A stretch of DNA of 64,000 bases from the human T2T-CHM13v2.0 reference genome, Homo sapiens. The notes under the pieces were generated by a model. It saw only the letters and a list, made by a program, of their open reading frames with translations, was not told where the DNA came from and searched no databases. Both the position numbers and the translations under genes were made by a program. Below are positions 28,230 through 41,025 of this stretch, piece after piece. The stretch's first letter is position 1. Each line of letters opens with the position of its first letter. Location of the stretch: NCBI RefSeq assembly GCF_009914755.1, contig NC_060945.1. One strand, written 5' to 3'.

Positions 28230-29493
28230 TTACACAGATTTTATAAGATGCCACTATATGCCTTGCTATTATGCCTGGAGTAAATTATAATCAATTCTCC
28301 TGATGGATGAGACACAAATAATATAAACACATGGGTTTGATATATAATGGAAATTATTTTAAATTGAATTTTAGTGATTTTTTGTGGTATTTATGTTCAA
28401 AAAGCATACCGACAAGTCAAGCATTTCAGAAAAATGTTTATAAATGTATGAAAAAGTTGTTTGTGTGGTGCTGAACTTGGATATATATTACTGCATATCA
28501 ATGTGAAAACATTGTGTCAGCTTCAAAGCATTGTGCATATGGAAGACATTATTGCTATTGTTAATACTGTAATAGAATTGCCTCTGCGGATTAAAAATGT
28601 AGATGTTTATGTACAAAATAGCAGCAATAAGTAAAAGAAGAAATTATTTATATGGATTCTATTAAATAAAAAGGGAGTACTGTTTTCAGTACTTTGTGTA
28701 ATGCAGATTGCTACTCATGCCATTTAAATCTCTGACATTGTCTTACCATTTGAATCATGCTTGAAAGAACCTGTGTCCACTTAGTCTGATTTCACTGGTA
28801 AAATAAATTAGGAAAAAAAACAAAAACAAAAACGAAACAGTGAACAGATGTAACGATTGCAATTTAATTTAAAGAAAAATTAGAAAATAGTGGAAGTAAA
28901 ATATCCCTTTGAAACAGAATGTAATGCCTAGTGAGTTCTTTTTCTTATCTCACTTGCAAAAGTCACTAGCTCCAACTCTGATTTCACATGCCTATTACTG
29001 AGCAGGTCAATAAGTCATTGGGAAGAAGGCGAGTATCTTGGTCAGTCTTTTCTAATTTATTTATTTTTTTTAGGCTGTTGCTGAGCTTTGTAAACCCAGA
29101 GGCTGAAACTTAGTGTTTCAAATGCATATCTTAGCAATGCTTTTTTGTTTTGTTTTTTTAAAACAACAACAACAACAACAAAAGCTCTGATCTCCTCATT
29201 GTTTTCTATTTTGCTAGGGATACAAATATAAGTACCTCTAGCCCCTATGGCATGCAAAAAAATGAGTGTAACAACAAATATCAGATAATAGAAAATGGTG
29301 GGTACTGAGGAACAGGTGATCGTATGGTTAACATCTGTGCTATAAGGGCTACTTCTAGAATACTATAATGAACATTCTAGTCAAATGTTCTGACAAATTG
29401 TGTGTTCCAGTGGCTACCACTTCTGAAGATTTAGGAAGTTGAGTATCGGAATTTTTATGTAAAATTTCATGATTTTGAATGTTGGCTCAAAGA

Positions 29494-29550
29494 TAGAAAG
29501 GAAAAAAGAAAGAAAAGGAAGGAAGGAAGGAAGGAAGAAAGGAAAGAAGG
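29494..29550. repeat. (GGAA)n / GA-rich simple repeat
   Basis: AAGGAAGGAAGG array. Confidence 0.9.
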
Positions 29551-29565
29551 TAGGTCGGTCAAGGA

Positions 29566-29930
29566 CTAGGGACTAAATTATGCCCCCTGCCTTGCAATTC
29601 ATATGTTAAAGCCCTAACCCCCAATGTGATAGCATTTGGAGGTGGGGCCTACGTGAGATAATTAGGTTTAGATAAAATTATGAGGGATGTTCATGATTAG
29701 ATTATGGTCCTTATAAAAAGAGATACAAGAGGGCTTGTTTCCTTTCTCTTGTTTCCCACGTGAGGGTGGAGCAAGAAAGCCATTGTTAGCAGGCCGGGAG
29801 AATGCTCGCTGGGGTATCTCATTGGCCAATATCTTGATCTTGGACTTTCCAACTTCCAAAACTGAAAGAAAAAAAAAATACTGTTGCTTAAGCCACCTAA
29901 GCTATGGCATTGTGTTATGGAAGTCCAGCC
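29566..29930 (+). mobile_element. MLT1A/B-like MaLR solo LTR
   Basis: AATTCATATGTTAAAGCCCTAACCCCCAATGTGA...CTTGATCTTGGACTTTCCAACTTCCAAAACTG...TTAAGCCACC. Confidence 0.85.
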
Positions 29931-30521
29931 TGCCTGGAAATAGCAATGACTACCATCTAATCCTTAGATTCCATTCGAGTTTTATGGGCTGTCCAAGTGA
30001 ATTCCGATGACTGTCCTTTAAGGTGTAAGAACTTGTTTCTGAGTGATGTGCGCTGTTTAGTAGTCATGTTTTATTAGTTTCTGTCAGTGTAGGAAAGTGC
30101 CACAGACTTTTCTTGAGTTTCTTGACCCTGACACTTTTGAAGATTACATGCCAGCTGTTCTGCAGAATGAATTTAATTTGGGTTTAATTCAGGGATCAGG
30201 TTTTATGCCAATTTGGATCCTAGTGTCTGGGACAGTGTCTGGCATAGAGATTGTGTTTCATAACTAATTGAGGAATGGATTATGATTGAAAATATCTATT
30301 GTGCACCTCTGAATCACCAGGCTAATGCTAAGTATTTCAAAACTTTCTAAATAAAAAAAATGTCAAAAATAGAAAACACACAAGTCTAAAATCAGAAAAG
30401 AAACCCTCAAAAACACAGACTCTGGTGTCTTCTCCTAGCAGCACTGGGATCTGTTCTTTAATGTATATAGTGAGCAGGCAGGTGCTAGCCACTGTGTAAG
30501 TGAATACTAGTTTCTTTAGAG

Positions 30522-30805
30522 CAGGGCTTCTGAAAGTGTGGTTTGTGGTCTGCTTCCAGGTCACAAGTTGTTTCAGATTCATGATGACATAAGAAGAGAA
30601 ATTGGAAATGAGAATTTAGAAATCTTTGAGCATTTTGACAAAATAATTTTGTTTTTGCTATCTAATAATTCCAAAACCATCTCACATTTTATCTGTATTT
30701 TTATTACACTAAGCTGATTATTAATTTACATTGTATTTTTCCATTGTATTGATCCATAATTGAGTGGAAATTTTAAAATGTAATTATTTACCACAGTTGG
30801 TGGCC
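30522..30805. mobile_element. Possible hAT-Charlie (MER-type) DNA transposon remnant
   Basis: Begins CAGGGCTTCTGAAAGTGTGGT, resembling a Charlie-family terminus; interior is degenerate. Confidence 0.4.
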
Positions 30806-30954
30806 ATTCTTCATTGCTTTAGGGGGATTAAAGTAGAGTGGTGTAAATGTGATCTAGACCATGGTGGGATTTGACATAGACCCCAAAGAATGGATAAAAT
30901 CCACCTAGAACATAAAGTATAGAGCTCGACAATTTATGCACAATAAAATGTTAG

Positions 30955-31150
30955 AATATATGTGTATGCATATATGTGTGCATGTGTGTACTTGTATGCC
31001 TGTTTGTATGTGTGAACTTTCTTTTATGCACTGTTATCTGTGCACATGTACTCTTGTGTATGTGCACATATATCATACATGTGGGTGCACATGGGTGCGC
31101 ATATATATGTTTGCATGGGCATGTGTGTGTATTTGGGAATGTGCATGATA
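30955..31150. repeat. Degenerate (TG/CA/TA)n purine-pyrimidine alternating repeat
   Basis: TGTGTATGCATATATGTGTGCATG-type low complexity. Confidence 0.85.
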
Positions 31151-31245
31151 TGTTCATAGAACTGGGTAATCATGATCTTGACTAGTTTTTTAGCTGTCCA
31201 GTTTTGGACATTAAATTTGAGGTGCCTGTAGAAGAAGAGAGAGGG

Positions 31246-31545
31246 GGCCGGGCACAGTGGTTCACACCTGTAAAGCCAGCACTTTGGGAGGCCAAGGTGG
31301 GTGGATCACGAGGTCAGGAGTTTGTGACCAGCCTGACCAACATGGTGAAACCCCATCTCTACTAAAAATACAAAAATTAGCCTGGCGTGGTGGCACATGC
31401 CTGTAGTCCTGGCTACTCCGGAGGCTGAGGCGGGACAATCGCTTGAACCCTGGAGGCGAAGGTTGCAGTGAACCAAGATCACGCCATTGCACTTGCACTC
31501 CAGCCTGGGCAACAGAGCAAGACTCCATCAAAAAAAAAAAAAAAA
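31246..31545 (+). mobile_element. AluSg-like
   Basis: GGATCACGAGGTCAGGAG, an internal TTGCAC duplication and a poly-A tail. Confidence 0.92.
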
Positions 31546-32864
31546 GGAGTGAGAGAAGGTCAAACTGGAGAAATGTATGTATGTACTTTTGTATGTATGC
31601 ATACGTAATATACAGCTTATGCATATATCTCAAGAGCTCTGTGTGCCAGTTCTGCCTGTGCAGAATCATATGGAGGCTTTACTTTCTCATTTGTTGCTGT
31701 CACATTAATTTATTGCGTGAACATATCATTTGAAACTCCAGTAATTTGTCCCATATTTCAAAATGTAGTATGGACAGAGAAGAATGACATAGCTTAAAAC
31801 TGGTTCCAGACGTGTAAAAACATCTTGTGTCTCTACTACCAAAGCAAGGAGGAAAATTGTGCCGATTAAATGCCTGAACCTGTTTTGGTTTCAATTACCT
31901 GGATTATTGAGGCAGAAACAATCTTTGTGCCTGATATATGCTTATAATTGCCTTAGTCTTCAGCTTTGACTTGCTTTGGGAACATGCGCATGTTCTATTA
32001 ATACCATTGTTAGAAAGGAGAATTTATTTCCTTTTTTGATGGTTCCATAAAAGCTTTAAAATATATTTTACAATTCAGAGAACTAACATTTTATAAAGCC
32101 TCCATAATGGAGAATAGTATACGGAGCAAAGGGAAAAGAGTTAACTAGTATTCACTTCACAGTCATCATGTGATAGTTGAGTTACCTCTTACTCCTTTTT
32201 CACAACAAACGTTAGTGATTCAATCTTATCTGTAGTGACCTTTGAGCACCTTCTGATTTAAGACATCCACGGAAACCAAACACACTCTTGAATTCTCCAT
32301 ATATTAGGGTCAGTATTGTGAAGATCAAGCCTCCATTCAATTCAAGCACTTTCGAGTGAAGCTCAAAATGAATTAGAATCCATAGGAAGAGAAGACTCAC
32401 CTCTCTATCCCCCAACCACAACCTCAGCTTTTCTATTTAGCACCCAAAACCTAAGGACTTCAACTAAATGGAGATTTTTCAGCACAGACATTATTATACA
32501 CTTCATCCATAATACCTACTTAGTATTTTTATTTCAACTCAGTTAATGAAAAAGCCAGAATAGTAAGGTAGTGCATGAGTAAATAATGACCATCTCAAAA
32601 TACCTTTTTGGACCTTTTTTCTATGAAAGAAGTAGACAAAATTTATGTAATGACACTCCTTTTCCCTGCACAGTCAGTAAAATAGATGTCAAGTTTTAGT
32701 GGTCAGCATCACTTAAATATCTAAAATGTATAGAATCCAACATATATAAACCTAAATTGAGCACCTTAAAAATCAAAAATATTTAACATTCCTATTTCAT
32801 AAAACATGTAGGTAGTCTCCACCATTTATTTTGATCTACTAAAGTGTCTATTAATTTATGAGTT

Positions 32865-33785
32865 AAATCAAAAAGCATTGAGCATAGACTACATATTAGG
32901 CACTTTAGCAGGCTCTGAAGACTCAGTAGGTATAAGTTATATTATCTGTCCTAGAGGGAAGTGCATTATTCCTAACCTGGAGTGAAAGCTTCAGGTGTAG
33001 CCTCTCAGAGAAGGGAATGTAAAGGAAAAGATTTCAAAAGTCAGGCATTTGGTCCAAATGGATAAGGGAGCTCCGAGCATCATAACAAATAATAATGGCA
33101 CTTGAGAAATAGCAATACGATGTGTTTGAAATGTAGAGGGCAGGAGGAGGAGGGACAAGATAAGTAGGAACATGCCAGATCACAAGAGCTTTACATGCAA
33201 TAACAACTTTGAACTAAAATTTAAAGACAGCAAGGAACAAATGAATACATTTAAGAATGAGCATGAATTGATCAAATTTACATTTTAGACTGATATCTGG
33301 AAGTGTGTGCAATTGTGATAGCTGTGTAAGTTGATCAAGCAAGAAAGATAAAGGAAGAAGAGCATGGTCAAAGAAGAGAAGAGTGAGAAGATAGAGTTGA
33401 GTAGGTTAGCCAAGAAATGTATTTTAAATATCAAATTGACAGTACTTTACCATTCATGTGTGGTAGGTTAGCACAGCTGTAAATCTTAAAACTCCCAAAG
33501 GTTTGCAAGAAAAACTGGGTAGATGAAGGTGCCAATAAATTACTACAAAGAACAGATTTGGGGGATAGATGATTAGTTCAATTATGAACATATTGAGAGG
33601 TTGGTGTGTCTAGGGTATATTCAATTAGTTATTTAAGTAGATTGTTCTGAATAGACAAATCTGGTTTCTTTCTTAGAGAAACTTAGACTGTAATCATTAT
33701 AATGATATAGATGGAAGTTAATTCATTGATGTAAGTGGATTAATTCAGCAGTATGTATATGGCAGGAAATGAACAGAGCTTGAAA
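32865..33785 (-). mobile_element. L2 fragments
   Basis: GA-rich antisense L2 motifs (ATTGAGCATAGACTACATATTAGGCACT; GCATGAATTGATCAAATTTACATTTTAGA; AACTGGGTAGATGAAGGTGCCA). Confidence 0.65.
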
Positions 33786-35191
33786 CCTGGTAAGCCAGTA
33801 AATTACATAAAATTACAAATTCAGGACCAATGTGACAAAAGTCTCAACCATAATCTTAATGTCTTCGAATGTTAATGTGGGATGATTTCTTTAATAGATG
33901 CCTTGTATTTTTAAAGACAAAAATGCAACATCTAGGAAAAATATTTTTTAAATAAATGGACGAGTACCCAAATCTTGATCTTTGTCGTATTTCTGCAAAT
34001 CTTATTTTTCTTAAATCCACTTTTATTTTGACTTGCAAATTTTCAAATCAGTACTGTTCAAATATGAGTTTAAACATGAAAACATGATTAAAATTTTCTC
34101 AGCACTCAGGATATCACTCCTTCCTACCAGATTTTTTTGTTTTTTTATAATTTTATAGCACTCAACTTGCTTGAAGAACAGCCTTCTCAAAGTGTGCAGT
34201 TTTCAGTGATCTAACCCGGATACAGCAATGTTTTCCTGCATTAGCTCATCGGAAAGAATGCCAATGATATAAAAATAAATTGGAGCAAAAATAAGTTAAA
34301 TATTTGACCTTAATAACATATTGCTCAACTCTTATTATGTTTATGTCACCTTCATATGAATTATCATAATTGACAAATAAGAATGATTTTATTTTCTATG
34401 CTGTAAAACAAAGTTACAGTAAGGTTAAATAACCACAGAAAGAAATGCACTCTGAGAAGGTATTTTTTTCTTTGAGAATTCTACAGGTTTTAGGCAGTTA
34501 TTACATCATAGAAAATATACTTTAGGCCAATATTTTATTTAAGCTATTGTTAGACTTTTGATTAGATCTGTAAGCATTAGTGAGGTCTCTTTGGGGTCAA
34601 TATTAGTAAAGGAAAATGGAGTTGAGTGTAACAAAGATGAATCAATTTCATTGTCTAGAAGTCTTTTAGGATTCATTATCACTTGGATTTTATTATAGTT
34701 CATCATCATTGCCATATTATGCAAGCAAATCAATGAACTTTTAACAAAACCGGAGATAAAAACCTAATTACTTAATTTGATAATAGTTATTTTCTAATTT
34801 ATACTGCCAAAAAATTTATATCATATTTTATTACAGAATTGTCATTTTAAAATACATATGTTGAGTCATGTCCAAGTCATAAAGAAACATATAAAGCCTC
34901 TGTCTTTTATAAGTCATTTTTATAGTCACATTCAAAAACTGAATTTTTAAAAATTTTACAATACAAACAAAATAATATATTTTGAGATAATTTGAAGATC
35001 AGTCATAACTCATGAGCACATGGGATTGGTAGATCTTTTATTAACCTAAATCCTTACCTCATTCCCCTTCAAGTCCTATCCCCCTTCTCCCTTTAAGGAA
35101 GTATTTTCTTGACCAAACAGAACAATAGCTCTGACGTGTGTATGGCCAACAAATATCAAGAGCATTTGAACGCTTTCAAAAGACAATTAAA

Positions 35192-36537
35192 TATGTTTGT
35201 TGGCCATTTGTATATCTTTTGTGAATTGCCTATTCATGTCCTTGGCCCACTTTTTGATGGGATTGTTTGGTATTTTTCTTGCTAATTTGTTTGAGTTCCA
35301 TGTAGATTCTGGATATTAGTCCTTTGTCGGATGTGTAGATTGTGAAGATTTTCTCCCACTCTGTAAGTCTGTAGGTTATCTGTTTACTCTGCTGACTGTT
35401 CCTTTTGCTGTGCAGAAGCTCTTTAGTTTAATTAAGTCCCACCTATTTATCTTTGTTTTTGTTACATTTGTATTTGGGTTCTTGGTCATGAGGTGTTTGC
35501 CTAAGCCAATGTCTAGAAGGGTTTTCTGATGTTATCTTCTAGAATTTTTATAGTTTCAGGTCTTAGATTTAAGTCTTTGATCCATCTTGAGTTGATTTTT
35601 GTTTGAGGTGAGAGATGATGATCCAGTTTCATTCTCCTACATGTGACTAGCCAATTATCCCAGAACCATTTGTTGAATAGGGTGTCCCTTCCCCACTTTA
35701 TGTTTTTGCTTGCTTTCTCAAAGATCAGTTGGCTATAAGTATACAAATGCCAATAAACATATGAAAAAAATGCTCAACGTCACTAATGAGCAGGGAAATG
35801 CAAATCAAAACCACAATGCAATACCACCTTACTCTTCCAAGATTGCCAGAATCAAGAAGTAATGGATGTTGGCATGGATGTGGTGAAAAGGAAACACTGC
35901 TACACTGCTAGTGGGAATGTAAACTAGTACAACCACTATGGAAAACAGTGTGGAGATTCCTTAAAGAGCTAAAAGTAGAACTACCATTTGATCCGGTAAT
36001 CCCACTACTGGGTATCTACCCAGAGGAAAAGAAGTCATTATACGAAAAAGATACTTGCACAAACATGTTTCTAGCAGCACAACTTGCAATTCCAAAAATA
36101 TGAAACCAGACTAAATTCCCATTAATCAATGAATAGATAAAGAAATTGTGATATATGTATGGAATACTACTCAGCCATAAAATGGAACAAATCAATGGCA
36201 TTCATAGCAACCTGGATGGAACTGGAGACTATTATTCTAAGTGAAGTAACTCAGAAATGAAAACCAAACATCTTATGTTCTCACTCTGAAGTAGGAGCTA
36301 AGCTATGAGAATGCACAGGCATGAGAACGATACAATGGACTTTGGGGACTAAGTAGAAAAGGGTGGGAGGGGGACAAGGGATAAAAGACTACAAATTGAG
36401 TTCAGTGTCTATTGCCCAGGTGATGGGTGCACCAAAATCTCAGAAATCGCCACTTACTCATGTAATCAAGAAGTTACTCATGTAACCAAATACAAACTGT
36501 TCCCCAAAAACCTATGGGAAAAAAAATTTTTAAAAGT
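35192..36537 (+). mobile_element. L1PB1-like element with 5' inversion (twin priming)
   Basis: 35192-~35739 is antisense ORF2. ~35740-36530 is sense ORF2 end plus L1PB 3'UTR ending CTGTTCCCCAAAAACCTAT and an A tract. TSD AA(G/C)ACAATTAAA at 35180-35191 and 36538-36549. Confidence 0.9.
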
Positions 36538-36887
36538 AACACAATTAAAGAAAAAACTTTTCTAAAGGAGGAAATTCTCTTCTGCAAGAAATTTGACTTT
36601 ATTTTTATTAAATCTCAACATAATTTTTATTTCAGGTTCCCGTTTGTCCTCAAGGTAGTAAAAACCAGCCACAGTCAATTCAGGCTTTCTCCTTATTTTG
36701 CCTGATGTCTAGTCTAAGTTCTGGTAGGGGACCTCAGGTCCATTCAGTCATCTGTCTACTCAGTTATTCACCAAGGATTCCATGATTCCATCATCTGGTT
36801 CTTAGTCACTAATTCATGATTGTCATTTCTGAGAGGCTTCTTTCTCCCATTCCTATGGCCGTCCCAGGCCTACAACTCTCTTCATGT

Positions 36888-36941
36888 CAGTGCAAGACTC
36901 CGTCTCAAAAAACCAATCAACCAACCAACCAAACAAACAAA
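36888..36941 (+). mobile_element. Extremely 5'-truncated Alu (last ~19 nt plus microsatellite tail)
   Basis: CAGTGCAAGACTCCGTCTC followed by an (AACC/AAAC)n tail. AACTCTCT is duplicated at 36874-36881 and 36942-36949. Confidence 0.75.
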
Positions 36942-37769
36942 AACTCTCTGATGCTGTTTTGGGCTTTACATACACATGCAACATGCCCATATTTAAGTTA
37001 AAGGAGGAGATTAAACAAAAATTATCTCCCTCCTCTTCTTCTAAACTATCAGATGTTGTTTTCAGGAGGACAGGGCAGGGGTCAAGAGAAGGTGGAACAG
37101 TATAGTTGTTTGAATGAATACTTAACAATTATGTCATTTAAGACGTATTTTTCACGAGTTTCTTGATGCAATATATAATTAAGATAAGTGTTTGCTTGTT
37201 TTAATATTGCTTTGATCTACTTTTAGCAAGAGACTTTTATCATATTTTTATGGAATATGTCTTTAATTTAGTATCGAAACATAAATCACTCCTTAAATTC
37301 AATTACTAACATATAATTCCAGCTAAGAATTTCAGGAGCAAAAAAAAAGTTTGTATTTTTAATGTCAAGAACACATTAAAATATAAATGCTTTTGATATC
37401 TTAGATTTAAAATAAGGAATTTGTGTATTCATGAAAAAGATAAAAATTTCCGAGAAGACTTTGACAATAAGTTACATGAAGAAAAGTAAATGTTCTCTTT
37501 AAAAATTAGATCTTTCCTTACATCCAAATGAATCAGCTATCTAATGTTTTTGGTTTTTTGTTTTTCTATTTGTGTACTCTACTTATATTATTATGAGAAA
37601 TTTGTGAGATTTCCAAATTTACCTCTCTCCAATATTGGAAATTCTCATAATGTTTAATGTCTGCTAATTAGATGAGTATTTAAAGTGTGTAATTTGTCAT
37701 TTTAAACTAGGTTTCTGTCATTTATGCTAATTAATGGTAAATTTTAAACATGTTTTACACCATTTTCTG

Positions 37770-38095
37770 TGATGGTTTTCTAGCCTCCCGTCTTTCCACT
37801 TACTGCCTCTAATCCACTACTTCCACAAAGCTCTCCTTACAGCACACTCTGACTGCATTGTGCAGAGAATATCAATGATTCCCAGTTATTCACAAAACAA
37901 ATTCGAAATGCATGGTCCAGATGACCTGTTCTTTACAGCCCAGTCCCAATGTCCTTTCTTGTCACTTAATTTCTCAACTCTTCCTCCCATGCCTTATAAC
38001 TGTGTCAAGCTGGTATAATTTTCAGTCCCTTTCCCTATAACTTTATTTTTCCCATTTTACTAATTGAAATCCTACCTATGGTTTAATATTTGGCA
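37770..38095 (+). mobile_element. L2 fragment
   Basis: CT-rich degenerate sense-L2 pattern. Confidence 0.45.
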
Positions 38096-38123
38096 AATAT
38101 GCCCCAACATTTATGTAAAATTT

Positions 38124-38312
38124 TGTCTTAGTCTGTTCTGTGCTACTATAACAGAATACCATAGGCTGGGTAATTTATAATGAACAGAAATTAATTTTTT
38201 CACAATTCTGGAAATTCTAGAAAGTCCGAGATTAGTGTGCCAGCATCTGGTGATGATCTTTTTGCTCATCACGGTGGAAGGTGGAAAGAAGAGAGAGAGA
38301 GAAGGAGAGAGA
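38124..38312 (-). mobile_element. MST/MLT1A-type MaLR LTR fragment
   Basis: TGTCTTAGTCTGTTCTGTGCTACTATAACAGAATACCATAGGCTGGGTAATTTATAATGAACAGAAAT. Confidence 0.85.
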
Positions 38313-40457
38313 CAGGCATTTTAAAAGGCCATTGAAAGCATGTTCAACTGTTGTTAAGATTTAATTTACAAACCATTAGATTTCTTTAATATTTTGTGTT
38401 TTAAAATAACCTCAGGTCTACATGTCCAGAGCTTTTCAGAAATGTTTATAAAATTTGGTTGCTGCGTCACCAAAAAATAGCTTAAAGGTATATAACTTTA
38501 AGCATTTGAACAAATTAAGATTATTTAAAATAATGTATGTATGGTTGTTCTACATATATCTACATTTAAGTTTATTTTAAAAATTATGCAAACTAACTTT
38601 GCATAACCGTAACCAAATAGAAGTCATTAAACCCTATTTATTTTTGTAGTATTCTTGGAATACAAGTGTTTTATTCTTGATGCTATGCTTTCTGTTCAGC
38701 CAAACATATGTTTGTTCCCAAAGAAAAAAATTGAGAACATGATAATTAAGATATGCACTCAATTTATAAGTAAATAACTGATGAAAAAATAGACCAATTG
38801 CTTTGATAATCAGTTCTGTTAGCTTATGTTTAGGGCTGTCACTTCAAAACTGGAAAATGAATCAAAAGGTTTTTCTTTTCCATCTGTTAATATCATCTAT
38901 GACATTTGGATACATATCTATATTTACATTTGCATTTTTACATATACTTATGTCTTACTTAATATAGTATTTACATTTGTTAATCAGCAAATTGTGGTAG
39001 TCCTTCTTTTAATAAACAGTGGTAGAGTTTGAATTTTTGAAGTGTTTATTAATTTATAATAGTGGACTAAAAGAAAGTATAGTTATTTATTTAGATTATC
39101 AGACCATATGATGAGTTATGAGGATCCATATTTATTAATGGTTTTGCCTTGTCAAATGTAAGTCTTGATTACTCTTAGCTGGAAAGAAGTGATGTTTTTA
39201 TTATTTAGCTTAATTCATCTAAAATAAAGAAAATGGCTTTCTGGCAAGACATGACTTCGCCTTTTTGATTACAGCATTTATTTCCCGAGTCTTCAAACAC
39301 CTCAATCACGCAAGGTTCAATTCCAATTGAGTGTTCAGACCACACAAATAGTACAATGTTTAATACTTGGTTTAACAAAATAAGGGCATTAGCACTCACA
39401 ATTTTGATTCTTTACATATTGCCTAGGCTCGTTAAGGCAAAAGATCAAAGACTCTTTTTTAAAAAAGGGAAAAAAGAAAACCTCCATGCTAGAAAATGGG
39501 GAAAAGCTGAGTCTGAAATTAAATCCTAAGCCTCATAGGTTGGCTTTTCAACAGTTCAAACCTCAATTTTTCTTCGCTGTAACTCCCATTTGAAACAAAA
39601 TGAAATTTTCCAAACCTAAGTACTGTGTTTTGCAAATCTTTTTGGTTTTCTTCATAACAGCATTTCTCTTTTTAAACAGTCTATCGCCTGCTTTTATTAG
39701 TTTTTTATCTCTACTCTCTTAATTTTACTCCTTTTCTATTTAGTCTCTTTTTTCCATCACCCTTTTTCTTCAGCTTCTCCTATGTCTTCCTGCTTGAATC
39801 TAATGATTAGACCTCCTTGCGTTCTAGTACTTTTGTCTGCTTGGAATATGCATACACAAACAAAACTGTTCAACTTTCTCAGTTCCGTTTCTACTATTTT
39901 CGTAATTTATGAAACCACAGTAGATGTAATTTGCGTAAACATTCTCAACATACAAATTTCGTTTCCTGTAATTCTCGGTATCAATTTGGAGTATTGTTTA
40001 TCTATATCCTCAAATTTGACAAATGTTGATTATTAGAATCTTTTCCTACTTCTCAAAGAAGCAACAGTTTCCATCTTTAAATTACAGATTTCTGGCGCTT
40101 TATCTCATATCACTATGAATTACTTTTGCTTTATTTAAAAAATTTAAAAAAGATATTATGTAGAAAATACATTCTGGACTCAGGGAATATAGAGAGGTCT
40201 GAGAGCTTAAGAAGAATAGAAACTCATCTGGCTAGATGGCACCAAACTGCATCACTTCAGGCCACACAATGTTCATTAACACTTAAAGGACTTTTTTTTT
40301 TTGTATATAAATTATATAGCCAAAAACAAAGTAAAACATAACCCACCAAAAATATTTTGTTTTACCTCTTGGTTGGCAATTTTGGCATCAAGCACACATA
40401 CTTTAATCATAGTAATACTTTTCTTACAGAGACATGGAGGTTGCTCGCTAAATAGAG

Positions 40458-40494
40458 CAAAGCAAAACAAAACAAAACAAAACAAAACAAAAAC
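40458..40494. repeat. (CAAAA)n microsatellite
   Basis: Pentamer array. Confidence 0.95.
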
Positions 40495-40717
40495 ACACCT
40501 TTCAGAATGAACAGGGCATTCATACAGAAACTGTGGAGGTGAAGTTGGCACTTACTCATCTCAAAGGACATTGTCTTTTGGCCAAGGCTGCCATCCTGTC
40601 TGCTTTGACACTTGGAAATGGCAACTGAGTTCGTAACACAAAACTGAATGTTGCCCTTCTTAATGTGAGGAGAGAATGAAATAGAACACAAAAAAAATGG
40701 CATTCAAGAATATAATC

Positions 40718-41025
40718 GCCATGGTGGCTCATGCCTGTAATCCTAGTACTTTGGGAGGCTGAGATGGGTGGATCACCTGAGGTCAGGAGTTCGAGACCAG
40801 CCTGGCCAACATGAGGAAACCCTGTCTCTACTAAAAATACAAAAATTAGCCGGGCGTGGTGGCATGTGCCTATAATCCCAGCTACTCAGGAGACTCAGGC
40901 AGGAGAATCACTTGAACCCAGGAGGGGCGGAGCTTGCAGTGAGCCGAGATCACACCACTTCACTCCAGCCTGGGAGAAAGAGTGAAACTCTGTCAAAAAA
41001 AAAAAAAAGAAAGAAAGAAAGAAAA
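40718..41025 (+). mobile_element. AluSx-like
   Basis: Dimer lacking the first few nt, A/(GAAA)n tail, TSD AAG(A/G)ATATAAT. Confidence 0.92.
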
